A stretch of 64,000 nucleotides of DNA from Octopus bimaculoides (lineage: Eukaryota), in contig NC_068992.1 of the NCBI RefSeq assembly GCF_001194135.2, forward strand, positions 58,357,322-58,421,321. Direction: 5' to 3'. This document shows positions 37,190 through 50,029 of this stretch, piece after piece. Positions within the stretch are counted from its first letter, which is position 1. The number at the start of each line of letters is the position of its first letter. The notes under the pieces are model-generated. The model worked only from the letters and a program-made list of their open reading frames with translations. It was not told the DNA's origin and did not search any database. Position numbers and translations under genes: made by a program.

Positions 37190-37650
37190 ATGGACAGAGT
37201 TAACAACTATTGAAGAGGTTGTAAGAAGCAATGAAAATTTTAGGAAAGCAATAATACTCCCACCTACAAAGCCAAGTAGTCCAGAAACAAGCAAGAGCAA
37301 CATCTGTGGCTTCACAATGACGTGCGTGTTATTTCAGAAGTTCCCTATCCTAGAGAGATGTTTAAACAAAGACTAAAGGTCTCTTACTACCAGTTATTCG
37401 ACGGTCATTAACTCTTCTGTGTTCATCGGTCCTTTGATTCAATGGACTCGATGCTCTGCCAGGAGTCAAACGCGCAACCTTATGAACATGAGTTGAAAAC
37501 CCTAACTATTAAGCTTAGAAACTACAAGAGTGACTCAAGAGCAAATAGTTTTCTTGCCAAGATACATGTCAAACTCATCAAATTCTGTGTTATTTTGACA
37601 AAGAGACTCTTGAGTTACTCATTTAACTAACTTCCCCAACATCTATCTGT
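37190..37650. promoter_or_regulatory. CpG-retaining unique segment, possible promoter or first-exon region
   Basis: Cluster of CG dinucleotides (GACGTGCG, TTCGACGG, CATCGG, AACGCGC) with no repeat similarity that I recognise, in an otherwise CpG-poor background. Confidence 0.25.
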
Positions 37651-38044
37651 TTCGCACACGCACACATATACTCTGTTTCATATACTGAATTCTATTTCTC
37701 TTTGTAAAACCAAGCCACACCTGTCTGTATGGGAACATATGCATGTCTGTGTGAATTATTCATTGTGTATCAGTAAAATGCATTCAGCATAACACAATGA
37801 GATTTGTTAACATTCAAATAAACAATTATGTAGCTCTCTATTCTTGTAAGGACAAATGAAAGGTAAGAAAATCTATGTTTTGAAAAATAGGAAAGGGTTA
37901 GAAACAGGAAAGACATCTGACTGTAAAACAAGGCCTCAATATGTATTCACCCAACCCATGCTAGCATGGAAAAATGGGTAGGAAATGAACAATTATATAT
38001 GTGGTTATGTGGTAAGGAATTTGCTTCCTAAATACATTGGATAG

Positions 38045-38077
<33 letters not shown>

Positions 38078-38154
38078 TAGAGAAAGAGAGCTAGCGAGCT
38101 AGAGATAGAGAGATAGACGGAGAGCTAGAGAGATGGACAGAGATATACATATAT

Positions 38155-38860
38155 CATCATCATCATTATTTAACATCCGTTGTCCATGCTGATATGAGTT
38201 GGATTGTCTGACCAGGGCTGGCAAACTGGGAGCCTGCACCAGACTCCAGTCTGTTTTAACAGGGTTTCTACAGCTGGATGATATTCCTAACGCCAACCAC
38301 TCTGAGAGTGTAATGGGTGCTTTTATGTGCCATTGGTACAGGTACCATTTGCATGACACTGCGGTTTTACTTGGCTTGATGGGTCTTCTTCTCAAGCACA
38401 GCATAATGCCAAATGGGCTCAGTCATTGCCTTTGTGAGGCCCAATGCTTGAAGCACAGTATAATGCCAAATGGTCTCAGTTCTTGCCGCTGTGAGGCCCA
38501 ATGCTCAGAAGGTGCTTTTACATGCCACCAGCATGGGTGGTATTTGTGTGACACCAGTACCTGCCACAACTGCAATTTCATTTGGCTTGGTGGGTCTTCT
38601 TCTCAAACACAACATAATGCCAAAGATCTTGGTCACTAGTCATTGCCTCTGTGAGAGCCAAAGTTTGGAGATCATGCTTCACCACGTCATCCCATGTCTT
38701 TTTGGATCAACCTCTACTACAGGTTCCCTCCACAGTTAGGGAGGGATTGGTGCTTCTTTACACAGCTGTCCTCATCCATATGCATCACATGACCACACCA
38801 GTGCATTCATTTCTCTTGCACACCACATCTGATGCCTCTTATGCTTAACTTTTCTCTCAA
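38155..38860 (-). mobile_element. RTE LINE, 5'-truncated 3' end with (GAT)n tail
   Basis: Minus translation LREKLSIRGIRCGVQEK*MHWCGHVMHMDEDSCVKK...TVEGTCSRG*SKKTWDDVVKHDLQTLALTEAMTSDQDLW (RTE WxGHVxR and RGRPxKTW motifs), followed by 3' UTR and tail. Confidence 0.85.
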
Positions 38861-39231
38861 GGAGAGAGAGATAGAGAGAGATACAAATAAATATACACAT
38901 CATATCATCAAGTGATTATAATAAAAATTTCCTTTAACAAGAGAGGTATTAGATGGTCAGTGCAATTTATGTAATTGATATTAGAGATTAGTCTAAAATA
39001 CGTCAAAACAAAAAAAAGAAAAACCCAAACAAAACTGTGTGTGAAGAGAGAGAGAGAGAACGTGGGAGGGAGGTTAATAAATAAATATATGTACTGAAGG
39101 AAGACAAAGAAATCTACTTGCATTACAGGAAAAGCAAGTTTAAACATGTGGTGCATATATTATTGTATTTATGCATGATGTGTGTGTGTGTGAGCGTATG
39201 TGAACATCATATGAGCATATATACATATATC

Positions 39232-40604
39232 ATCATCATCATCATCATCGTCGTCATCGTTTAACGTCCGCTTTCCATGCTAGCATGGGTTGGACGATTT
39301 GACTGAGGACTGGTGAAACCGGATGGCAACACCAGGCTCCAGTCTGATTTGGCAGAGTTTCTACAGCTGGATGCCCTTCCTAACGCCAACCACTCAGAGA
39401 GTGTAGTGGGTGCTTTTACGTGTCACCCGCACGAAAACGGCCACGCTCGAAATGGTGTCTTTTATGTGCCACCCGCACNNNNNNNNNNNNNNNNNNNNNN
39501 NNNNNNNNNNNNNNNNNNNNNNNNNNNNNNNNNNNNNNNNNNNNNNNNNNNNNNNNNNNNNNNNNNNNNNNNNNNNNNNNNNNNNNNNNNNNNNNNNNNN
39601 NNNNNNNNNNNNNNNNNNNNNNNNNNNNNNNNNNNNNNNNNNNNNNNNNNNNNNNNNNNNNNNNNNNNNNNNNNNNNNNNNNNNNNNNNNNNNNNNNNNN
39701 NNNNNNNNNNNNNNNNNNNNNNNNNNNNNNNNNNNNNNNNNNNNNNNNNNNNNNNNNNNNNNNNNNNNNNNNNNNNNNNNNNNNNNNNNNNNNNNNNNNN
39801 NNNNNNNNNNNNNNNNNNNNNNNNNNNNNNNNNNNNNNNNNNNNNNNNNNNNNNNNNNNNNNNNNNNNNNNNNNNNNNNNNNNNNNNNNNNNNNNNNNNN
39901 NNNNNNNNNNNNNNNNNNNNNNNNNNNNNNNNNNNNNNNNNNNNNNNNNNNNNNNNNNNNNNNNNNNNNNNNNNNNNNNNNNNNNNNNNNNNNNNNNNNN
40001 NNNNNNNNNNNNNNNNNNNNNNNNNNNNNNNNNNNNNNNNNNNNNNNNNNNNNNNNNNNNNNNNNNNNNNNNNNNNNNNNNNNNNNNNNNNNNNNNNNNN
40101 NNNNNNNNNNNNNNNNNNNNNNNNNNNNNNNNNNNNNNNNNNNNNNNNNNNNNNNNNNNNNNNNNNNNNNNNNNNNNNNNNNNNNNNNNNNNNNNNNNNN
40201 NNNNNNNNNNNNNNNNNNNNNNNNNNNNNNNNNNNNNNNNNNNNNNNNNNNNNNNNNNNNNNNNNNNNNNNNNNNNNNNNNNNNNNNNNNNNNNNNNNTT
40301 TTTCACCCTGGAATGAGATAGAAGTTGTTTCCTGTTTGTTTACAGTGTTTATTGCACCTGAACATCTGCCACAAACAAAAACTAACTTGCTAGTTAACCT
40401 GCCTTTGATGTTGCTGCACCTCTTATGTGTCCATAGCTTGCACCGGGTACATCTTATAGAGTTACTACCTACTCCTTTTCTACATACTGAGCAGGGCCAT
40501 CTACCTGAAGGGGTTTGTGTTTTATCTACCTTCCTACTTATTAGGATTTTGGTTTTAGCTAGGTTGACTCTAAGGCCCTTCAATTCTAGACCTTGCTTCC
40601 ACAC
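39232..40604 (-). mobile_element. Younger RTE LINE, 5'-truncated, middle lost in gap (N 39479-40298)
   Basis: WKQGLELKGLRVNLAKTKILIS...WPCSVCRKGVGSNSIRCTRCKLWTHKRCSNIKGRL...FVCGRC: RT motif 7 followed by a Cys-rich PHD-like insertion. The RTE 3' tail with (GAT)n starts at 39232. Confidence 0.85.
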
Positions 40605-40611
40605 TACACAC

Positions 40612-40650
<39 letters not shown>

Positions 40651-41214
40651 TGTGTGTAATATAATTATATGTATGTAATTATATTATTTCTTGAGGCAAA
40701 GTAAAATGTAGTCCACATTACAATCTATCTATCAATTTTCCTGATATTTTATTTAGTTACTGATAAACTCTGTGTCTATTTGTTTGTGACCTGTTTACCA
40801 GGTATGTCTCAATTTACATAGGAAGGAAAAGAAAAAAACCCATCAAATATGGTGAAGATATATTTAGAAACTGAAAATAGTTGAGTAGTCTAGATAAAAG
40901 TTAAAATTTCAAACAGTGTTTGTTAATCTACACATTTTTGCTGCTGCTGTTGATGTCCAGGTACTAAAGAGGTAAATTCTAGGAATAATTATAATAATAA
41001 TCCTTTCTATTATAGGTACGAAGCCTGAAATTTTTGGGAGGGGAACAGTCGATTACATTAACTCCAGTATGCAACTGGTACTTGTTTTATCAACCCTGAA
41101 AAGATGAAGGGCAAAGTCGACCTCGGCAGAATTTGAACTCAGAATGTAAAGCCAGATGAAATACCGCTAAGCATTCTGCCAGCTCGCCACCTTAAAGAAT
41201 AATAATAATAATAA

Positions 41215-41700
41215 TCCTTATTACCGTAGGCACAAGGCCTGAAATTTTGGGGGAGGGGATTAAGTCAATTACACTGATCCCAGTACTCAACTGGTACCTA
41301 ATTTATTGATCCTGAAAGAATGAAAGGCAAAGCTGACCTCGGCAGAATTTGAACTCAGAACATAGTGACAGGTGAAATACCACTAAGCTTTTCGTCCAGC
41401 CCGCTAACAATTCTGCCAGCTCGCCACCTTAATAATAATAATAAAAATAATAATAATTATTATTATTATTATTATTATTAAGGCAGTGAGCTGGCAGAAT
41501 CTTTAGCATGCTGGAGGAAATGCTTAGTAATATTTTGCCCATCACTACATTCTGAGTTCAAATTCTGCCAAGGTCAACTTTGCTTTTCATCCTTTCAGGA
41601 TCGATGAAATAAGTACCAGTTACGCACTGGGGTCGATGTAATGGACTTCCCCCTACCTCCAAATTTCAGGCCTTGTGCCTATAGTAGAAAGGATTATTAT
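41215..41700. mobile_element. Head-to-head inverted pair of full-length SINE-A copies
   Basis: Minus copy at about 41215-41430, (AAT)n(ATT)n centre, plus copy at about 41480-41695. Additional outer copies at 41000-41195 (-) and 41715-41915 (+). Confidence 0.85.
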
Positions 41701-43846
41701 TATTATTGTTATCATCATTAGCTAGCAGAATTGTTAGCACATCAGATAAAGTGCTTTGTGGAATTTCTTCTGGCTCTTTACATTCTGAGTTCAAATCCTG
41801 CCAAGGTCAACTTTGATTGGGAATGAGGCAGTCAAAATAAAACATCAGTCAAGAACTGTGGTTGCCGCAATTGACTTACCCCCTACCCTCAAAACTGCCA
41901 ACCTCATGCTTAAATTAGAAAGAATTATTATTATTATTATTATTATAGATTCTCATGTGCATTGCAAACAGTAAGAACCAAACAATGACACACATATTCA
42001 TTCATGATACATACCAGTAGATTCGAGTGAATATGCTAATTACTGTTGTATTTCATTGTTGGAGAACCACTTCAGGTAAATGTGTTTTCGTAACACATTT
42101 GATTTATTAGCATAATGAGACTTTGGGTCACCTGGTGTTTCAACATCATTGTGTCTCTTTAGCCAAGGTTACTCCCAGACCAATGAATCTAACCAGAGGT
42201 TTTCACTCTTGTCTATAAGATTCAACAAACAAATCATTTGATGAAATGCAACAACATTTAGCATATTCATGTTTGAATCTGCCAGAATATATTCAAAATG
42301 AATACTTTTGCCATTGTTTTGATTCTTCCTGTTCACCATACATATCAAGATTTGTTATTGGTCGGCTGACAAAGTCATAATCAAAATCTTCATCCTCATC
42401 TATTTAATGCCCACTTTCCATGCTAGCATGGGTTGAACGGTTTGACACGAGCCAGCAAGCTGGAGTACCATGCCAAGTCTCAATGTCTGGTGCATTTCCT
42501 CATACCTACTACTTTATAGTTAGGTCACCAAATAACTTGCAAGATAAGACCCCTTGACTGAATGGGAAGAGATAAAGCATAGTAGAAGGTGGCTTCATGT
42601 CAGGTGATCAGAAGGGCATCCAGCAGTAGAAAATCTGCCTCACAAAATTCTGTCTGACCCATGCAAGCAGGAAAAAGAGTATGTCATGATGATGATGATG
42701 CTCTATGATGATGATAATAATAATAATAATAATTATTATTATTCTTATTATTTTTATTATTATTGTGGTGGTGGATTGGCATGATCATAAGATCATCAGA
42801 AAGAATACCTTGTGGTATTTCTTCTGACTCTTAACATTCTGAGTTCAAATTCTGCCAGGGGTTGTTGAATTTGCCTTTCATCCCTCCAGGGATAATAAAA
42901 TAAAGTACTTGTCAAGTACTGAGAGTTGATGTAATCAGTTAGTTCCGACTCCTCAAAATTGATGTCCTTATGATTAAGTCAGAAACAATAATTAATACTG
43001 AACAGTGATACAAAGCCATAAATGTGTAGAGGGAAGGAGGCAATCATTTAGATGACACCCAGCACTCAAACTTGGTGGTATTTATTATAACAGCCTTGGT
43101 AAGGTTTATATTTACAATATAGAAGAGTAATAAAACCACCACCATCACTACCACTTCTCTTGCTACCACCACCACCACCACCACCATTACTAATATTCTT
43201 TTCTACTCTAGGCATAAGGCCCAGAATTTCTGGGGAGGGGTCCAGTTAATTAGATCAACCCTTAGTACGCAATTGGCACTTAATTTATCAACCCCGAAAG
43301 GATGAAAGGCAAAATCAACCTCAGTGGAATTTGAACTCAGAATGTAAAGACAGACAAAACAGCACTAAGCATTTCGCCTTGGCCTACTAACGTTTCTGCC
43401 AGCTCACCACCTTCTGCCATTACTAATATTATTTCTATTCAGGTGTGGCTGTGTGGTAAGAAGCTTGCTTCCCAACCAAATGGTTGTGAATGGATTTGGT
43501 AGATGGAAACTGAAAGAAGCCTGTTGCATATATATATATATATATATAGAAAGAGAGAGAGAGAGAGGTGTGTATGTGTTAAGAGACATGAGATAATGTT
43601 TTTTTCTTTTAACTAAAATGTATAGTTTCTAATATAAGCACAAAACCTGAAAATTGGAGGAGAGGCGTAGATGATTGGTTTATACCAACCCTAGTACTTG
43701 ACTAGTATTTAATTTTATCAAGGCTGGATGGACAAAAGACAAAGTTGACTTTAATAGGATTTGAACTCAGAATGTAAAGAGCTAGAACATATACTGTGAG
43801 GCATTATTTCCCATGCTCTAACAATTCAGCCAATCAACTGCTTTAA

Positions 43847-44071
43847 ACCTTTAGCATTTAAAACTGGCTATATTCAGCCAAAATATTCTGTCTGTGTTAT
43901 CTTCAAACCGGCCAGATCTGGCCTCTCACTCCTGCCCTACAATGATTTTCTATCTAAAAATAAACAATCGCACCATCAAAATCTAGAAGTAACAAGACAA
44001 TTCATGGTTAATTCAAAACAATGTGAATAAATAAGCAGTACATTTGACAGAACATTCTGAATGCTAAGGGG
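43847..44071 (+). mobile_element. piggyBac-type MITE
   Basis: TTAA|ACCTTTAGCATT ... AATGCTAAGGGG|TTAA. Confidence 0.8.
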
Positions 44072-44945
44072 TTAATAAAATTCAAAAAAAAAATGTCATT
44101 TAATAAAAAAAATATGGTATTTGCAGTTTTCAAAATATGGTCTTTTTTTTAAGGAATAAATTCTGTCTCTAAACTATTTTTTGCTTTATTTAATGTGGAA
44201 CTGTCTGTAAAATATAGGTAAGGTTTTTATGACAAGCTAAGTTGGAGTATAACTGACCCCAACAACTTCCCCTTTGGTTGTATACACTGTGTGTTCTGTT
44301 GTTCGACATATGTATTAACTTAATGTGAAGGAGGACATTAAACAGCAAGAGTCCTAGGTCAGTAGTGCATTTCTATTTATAATTGACAACTTACTGAAGC
44401 TGGCTACTACATGATTTTTTAAAAGTTTCCTCCATTGTGGTAGATTTATGACTGCCATTTAAAACACATACACATATATATGGCTATGTGGTTAAAAAGT
44501 TCACTCTCCAACCATATGGTTTTTTGGGTTCAGTTCCACTGTGGAAGGAACACAAGCCTCAGGATAACCAAGGGTGAATTTTGTAGGTGAAAACTGAATG
44601 AAGCCTGGAGTTCCTCAATGCATCACCTTATCTTTACCATTGGCTCTCATGTTCCATGGAAGTCAACAAATATGTTTCATGGGATGGAACTTCAAGATTT
44701 TTAGGAACCTCATTCTCCTGTAATATGATTGGATGCTTGTTGTTTTCTTAAAGCATGATAATTTAGGCACAGGCATGGCAGTGAGATTAAAAAACTCTCT
44801 TTGTAATCACATGATTTTGGGTTCAGTCCCACTGTGTGACTGCTTGGGCAAGTGTCTTCCAGTATAGTTCCCAGGTTGGCCAATGCCCAATGAGTGAATT
44901 TGGTAGATGGAAACTATGAAAAAGCCCATTTTATATAAATGTGTA

Positions 44946-45024
<79 letters not shown>

Positions 45025-46559
45025 ATGTTAGTCCCCACCTCAGTTCTGCTTGACAACCAATGGTTTGTTCGTATTCCCATAACTTAGTAGTTCGGCAAAA
45101 AGGACTGATAGAATAAGTACCAGGCTTAAAAAATAAGCACTTGACTAAACACTTCAAAGTGATGTCTCAACACACTCACAGTTCGGTGACTAAAACAACT
45201 AACAAAAAACAAAAATACAAAACACAACTTGCAAAACACTTATGAAACATAATTCCCACCTCAAAGCAGTGTCCTCACATAGATGCAGTTCAATAACCAA
45301 AACAAGTAACAGGAAAAAATACAAAACACAACTCAAACAACATATATGAAACACAATCAAGCCTCTATGTCAGTGCTCCGAACCGGTGTGTCACGAGACG
45401 ATGCTAGGTATGCTACAGTGTAACCTGAATATAATTTTTTTCCCTATACTTTTAGTTATACTTCTAGTCCATGTGTGCTGCTGAATTTTGAAAAGAATGT
45501 AAGTGTACTGCAAGTGAAGAAAAGTTGCAGAGCACTGCTCTATGCAGCTGCTCAAACTGGCTCAAGTCGCAGCTAAGATCTCTATCATATCATGTCCTAC
45601 CACTTTAAATAGAGGTTAATGTAGACCTTGATATGCAGAGAGAATAGTCCTGGTTGGAATACCTTCCATTGTAGGTCAGCTCAATCAGGCCTGGTATTTG
45701 AAGTAAAATATGGCCACAACCACCCAACAACCCATCACGTCTCACATATAATAACAACACCAGCAATAATAATTGTTTCTAATTTAGGCATGAGGCAAGT
45801 AACTTTTGAGGGAAGTGTGGATAGTTGGTCACATCAACTCCAGTATTTGACTTGCCTTTTATTTCATCAACCCCAGAAGGCTGAAAGGCAAAGTTGACCA
45901 TAGTGAGATTTGAACTCAGAACATAAAGAGCTGGAACAATTACTGCAAGGCATTATCCCCATTGCTTTGGCAAGCCTGCCAGCTCACCACCATGATGAAA
46001 ATAAAAACGACTATGATGACGGCAATGGTGACAATGAAGACGATGACATCAATGATATGCTGTAAAGATTCACTGGAATTTTTGCAAGAAATTTGATTCC
46101 ACATGCACAGAAAAGAGCTATATTCCTTTTGTGAGAATAGAAATGCAAGCTTTGAGAACAATGAGTTGAGATTGTTGGAGGACTTTCCTACACAAATTGA
46201 AAGAAGAATAGAAACACAAAAGACTGGATATTGTATTCACTGATAAAAAGTAAAAAAACAAACAAACATGCATTGTAATCAATGTGAAATGCTAACTTGA
46301 CACCAGAGTAAAAGGAAAAGTAGAGCTTCATATAACAGTTTGAAGTATGAAATCTTTAAGTGGTGGAAGGAAAATGCTAACAAGGTTACGATACTGTTGA
46401 ACATTATTGAAGCCTTGGAAAATGTGAGAAAATTTGTGAGAAAATCTTGAGAAACTTGATCTGAATCTAGGAGTAGATATAGTTAAAGTTTAACAGGTAC
46501 TACCTGGTAGGTCTTTAATATGAAGAACAGTTATGTAGAGCAGGAAAATAACTATTATA

Positions 46560-47230
46560 CGAGGTGGTATTAAAAAGTTCCTGGATTGCTTATGTGTCTT
46601 CTAGACCAGGGGTTTTCAAACTTTTTGGCTTGCGGACCCCTTTATATTTCAGGCTTTACCTTAGGGACCCCCTTATAAACGCTTATGAAATTTATACATA
46701 AATATTTGCTTAAAATAACATATATTTTTACATTTATTTATTTAACAGTATTTAACAAATAGAAATTAAAAGATTTCGATTAAAAGACATATATAAAATC
46801 AAATTGCCCATAAAAAGTATTTGCTATCCACGGACTCCCTGTCTTGTCCTTGCGGACCCCCTATAGTCCGGGGACCACAGTTTGAAAACCCCTGTTCTAG
46901 ACCACTCATCATCTTCCAGAGATGTTCTTCTCTTTTTGAAGCCTCCATGCCACTTGAAACATTGTGTATGACCCATTGCCTTGTTGCTGTAAGTTTGCTG
47001 AAGCATGCTCAATGTTTCTTTAGCAGCAGACTTCCCAAGTTTAGTTCAAAATTTCACATTGGTTCTTGGCTGCAATTTCCTGTCCACAACAAAATTGCAA
47101 ACTACAACATACACGCGATCACAGAAACACAACTTGCGAAGTAAACACAGTAATGTCACCACTAGCTCACACTCTGCATGCAACCATGTGCTGCCATCTG
47201 TTGGTGCCAGAACTTTTTGATACGACCTCA
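46560..47230 (-). mobile_element. Internally deleted mariner derivative
   Basis: TIRs (C/T)GAGGT(G/C)GTAT(T/C)AAAAAGTTC with TA flanks. Minus translation SMLQQTYSNKAMGHTQCFKWHGGFKKRRTSLEDDEWS is a mariner HTH. Confidence 0.8.
46607..46894. mobile_element. hAT (Charlie-like) MITE nested in the mariner derivative
   Basis: Perfect 16-bp TIRs CAGGGGTTTTCAAACT / AGTTTGAAAACCCCTG and a perfect 8-bp TSD TTCTAGAC (46599-46606 and 46895-46902). Confidence 0.93.
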
Positions 47231-47341
47231 TATTATAGAAGGTAAAGTACAAAATGATCCTCATCCTAGACCATAAATGTGGCTCAAGAAGAAGCAAAAT
47301 TAAACCAGATAAAACATCAATCCCGTGAAACAAAGAGAACA

Positions 47342-47396
<55 letters not shown>

Positions 47397-47599
47397 CCTT
47401 TCTACTATAGGCACAAGGCCTGAAAATTTGGGGGAGGGAACTAGTCGATTACATCACCCCCCCTCCCCAGTGTTTCAGTAGTACTTAATTTATCGACCCT
47501 GAAAGGATGAAAGACAGAGCTGACCTCTACAAAATTTGAACTTAGAATATAGATACAGATGAAAGCATCTGCCAGGTTGCTGCCTTGATAATAATAATA

Positions 47600-48190
47600 A
47601 CAAGAGCACTCAGAGAGCACAAACCTCTGCCAAGGCAACACCAACGTCCTCTCAACGATTGGCCAGAGATGATTTTTAAAATGAGAATACCTGAAATAAA
47701 CTCGACTGCTCTCACAAACGAGAATACTAAAAATGAAGCTGACCGCTCTCAAAAATTAAATAAAAATAAACGAAAAAATAATCCAGAATCCTTGTCCAGT
47801 ACCTCATCAATCCCAGTGGTAGTCAAGAAATGTGAAGCTGACCGTAGAAAATTTAGTAACAATAATAAGTAGTTTATCCTTATCTAATACAAGCCAAAGT
47901 TAACAAATTCACCATTCAAAATAGTTACAGCCGTAAAGGAAGATAACTGAGAAAGACTTGATAGTTAACATAAGATTGTAATCATGTAAAGTAAATATAA
48001 CAAATAATCCAGAATCCTTGTCCGGTAGCGGATCGATCCCAAAATCTAATCAGTTCATGCCAGTCACGAGGTCAAACATCTTTGAAAGTTTCATCCAAAT
48101 CCATCCATCAGTTCTTGAGATATCTTGTCCATGGATAAACAAACAAACGTGACTGAAAACAATACCTCTGCCTTCACTAAGGCAGAGGTA
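47600..48190 (+). mobile_element. Non-autonomous element with subterminal repeat and 3' stem-loop (HINE/DINE-1-like, possibly Helentron-dependent)
   Basis: 5' ACCTCTGCC at 47623-47631. 3' hairpin TACCTCTGCCTT-CACT-AAGGCAGAGGTA at 48163-48190. Internal direct repeat AAATAATCCAGAATCCTTGTCC near 47777 and 48002. Confidence 0.55.
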
Positions 48191-49349
48191 ATAATAATAA
48201 TAATAATAATAATAGTGATAATGTCTTTTTCCTATAAGCACAAAGTCTGAAAATTTGCAAGGAGAGGCTAGTCAATTACATTAACTCCAGTGCTCAATTG
48301 GTACTTATTTTAAGGACCCTGAAAAGCAAAGTCAACCTTGGTGGAATTTGAACTCACAATATAATGAATCAGAAGGAATGCTGCTAGGCATTTTACCCAA
48401 TTTGCAAATGCTTCCGCCAGCTCACCACCACCAACAATAATAATGATGATAATATTAATAATAATGATGATGATAATAATAATAATTCCTGACATATTGG
48501 TTATGGTCACTTGTTGGGAGGAGTTAATTGATTCAGTTGGACCCAGCATTGGGCAAGTATTTTATTCTATTGACCAGGAAGGATGAAAGACAAAAGCAGC
48601 TTTGGCAAAATTTGAACTTGGGATACAAAGGGCCATAACAAACACAAAACTAAATAGCTGTATGGTAATTTATCCCATGCTCTAACAACTACACCACATA
48701 TAACATAATTACAATAATAGTTTCTTACATTAATTATTCATTTCTTAGATAATAACTATACCCCAGGCTTATTAGAGGGGGGAAATTAAGATTGTGTGAG
48801 GTACATGCCTTTTCTCCATGAATATTATAACAAACAGACAATGGATGAAATGGCTACCGAAGGGAACTAAAATTACATTGAATGATCAATTCAACCAATA
48901 AAACCAACACCAATAAGAGTGGCAGAACAAATACACGTGCAAAGAATCTTACAGCTACTCCTTATGATTCATGGATGCATGTTGGAGTGTGCAGTATGGT
49001 CTTGAGGTAGACAGAGATATAACATAACTAGCAACATGGATCTAGAGATCATGGTTGATTGTTCAGCTGTTTACTTGCATGTCATAAGAGTGTTCAATAA
49101 GAGCTTGATTTGGTCTAAATGGTGGTGGCGGTGATGACGACAACAATAATACTGCCACCATTGCCATCATCACCAGTTTAACTAAACAGATGTCAAAATG
49201 AAATACTGCTTGATCACCATTTTGATCTAGTCTGAAACTTGTTTTGTCACTTCATGTACACTGCAAATTGTTCTTGTTAATCTGCCTCGTTCGAAGTGCT
49301 TTATGAAACATTCCAGCTTGATCATTGGTGGGAAGAGAGATAGCATTAA

Positions 49350-49564
49350 CCCTTTGATACCAACCTGCCTGGAACTGACCTTGTTTCTATGATACAAATT
49401 TCCTGCTTTAAAGTAGAATCTCCCATCATAATTTCCTGCTAACTCATTCTGAACTCCAAAGATATTTTAAGAAAATGGCGACAAAGATATTTTAAGAAAT
49501 TCATTACTTTAAAAATTAAACAAAACAAAGACCTTGTGTATCAAGAAATAAGGCAACAAAAGAG
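49350..49564. mobile_element. TTAA-flanked MITE
   Basis: TTAA|CCCTTTGATACC ... GGCAACAAAAGAG|TTAA. Related to 23385-23610. Confidence 0.6.
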
Positions 49565-50029
49565 TTAACACTATTTACTACTACCACCACCAACATGACA
49601 ACTACTAATACTCCTACCACCACCAACACTGCTACCATTACACTTGTTGTTGCTTCTTTTTTTCTTTTTTTTATCAGAACTGATACTTGAAGATGTGTTT
49701 CAGTGCTATCAGATTATTTACTCCTAACTGCAATAGCTCATGACAGAAGTACTCCAGTTAAGTAGATGTTGTTTATTAGTACATCGACCTTGATTGAGCA
49801 GATCTTTGGTCAAAAGCGTCCCAGTTGCTACAAGTGTGTCTCTTTGTATAATCAGGGACTACATTGTCCAATATGTTATTTTCTTCTTCTTAAGACAAAG
49901 ATGGGGTTCAAGGGAGATTTAGCTGTTATTTTTCTAACAGTAACTGCTGTTACTACTGCTATTACAATTGTTGCTACTTAATTTGAGATGCCTTCTCATA
50001 GTGTTAGCTATTACTAAGAAGATCAAAAA

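Noticed and set aside
44387-44427. Possible minus-strand first exon (ACAATGGAGGAAACT...CA|GTAAGT, MEETFKKSCSSQL)
   Set aside because: Isolated signal whose phase does not match the 33471 exon. No supporting partner exon.
46020-46500. Possible CR1-type endonuclease relic (FPT...LDIVFTD); a similar old LINE trace lies at about 51800-52270
   Set aside because: Too decayed to delimit or classify by eye, so not listed as features.
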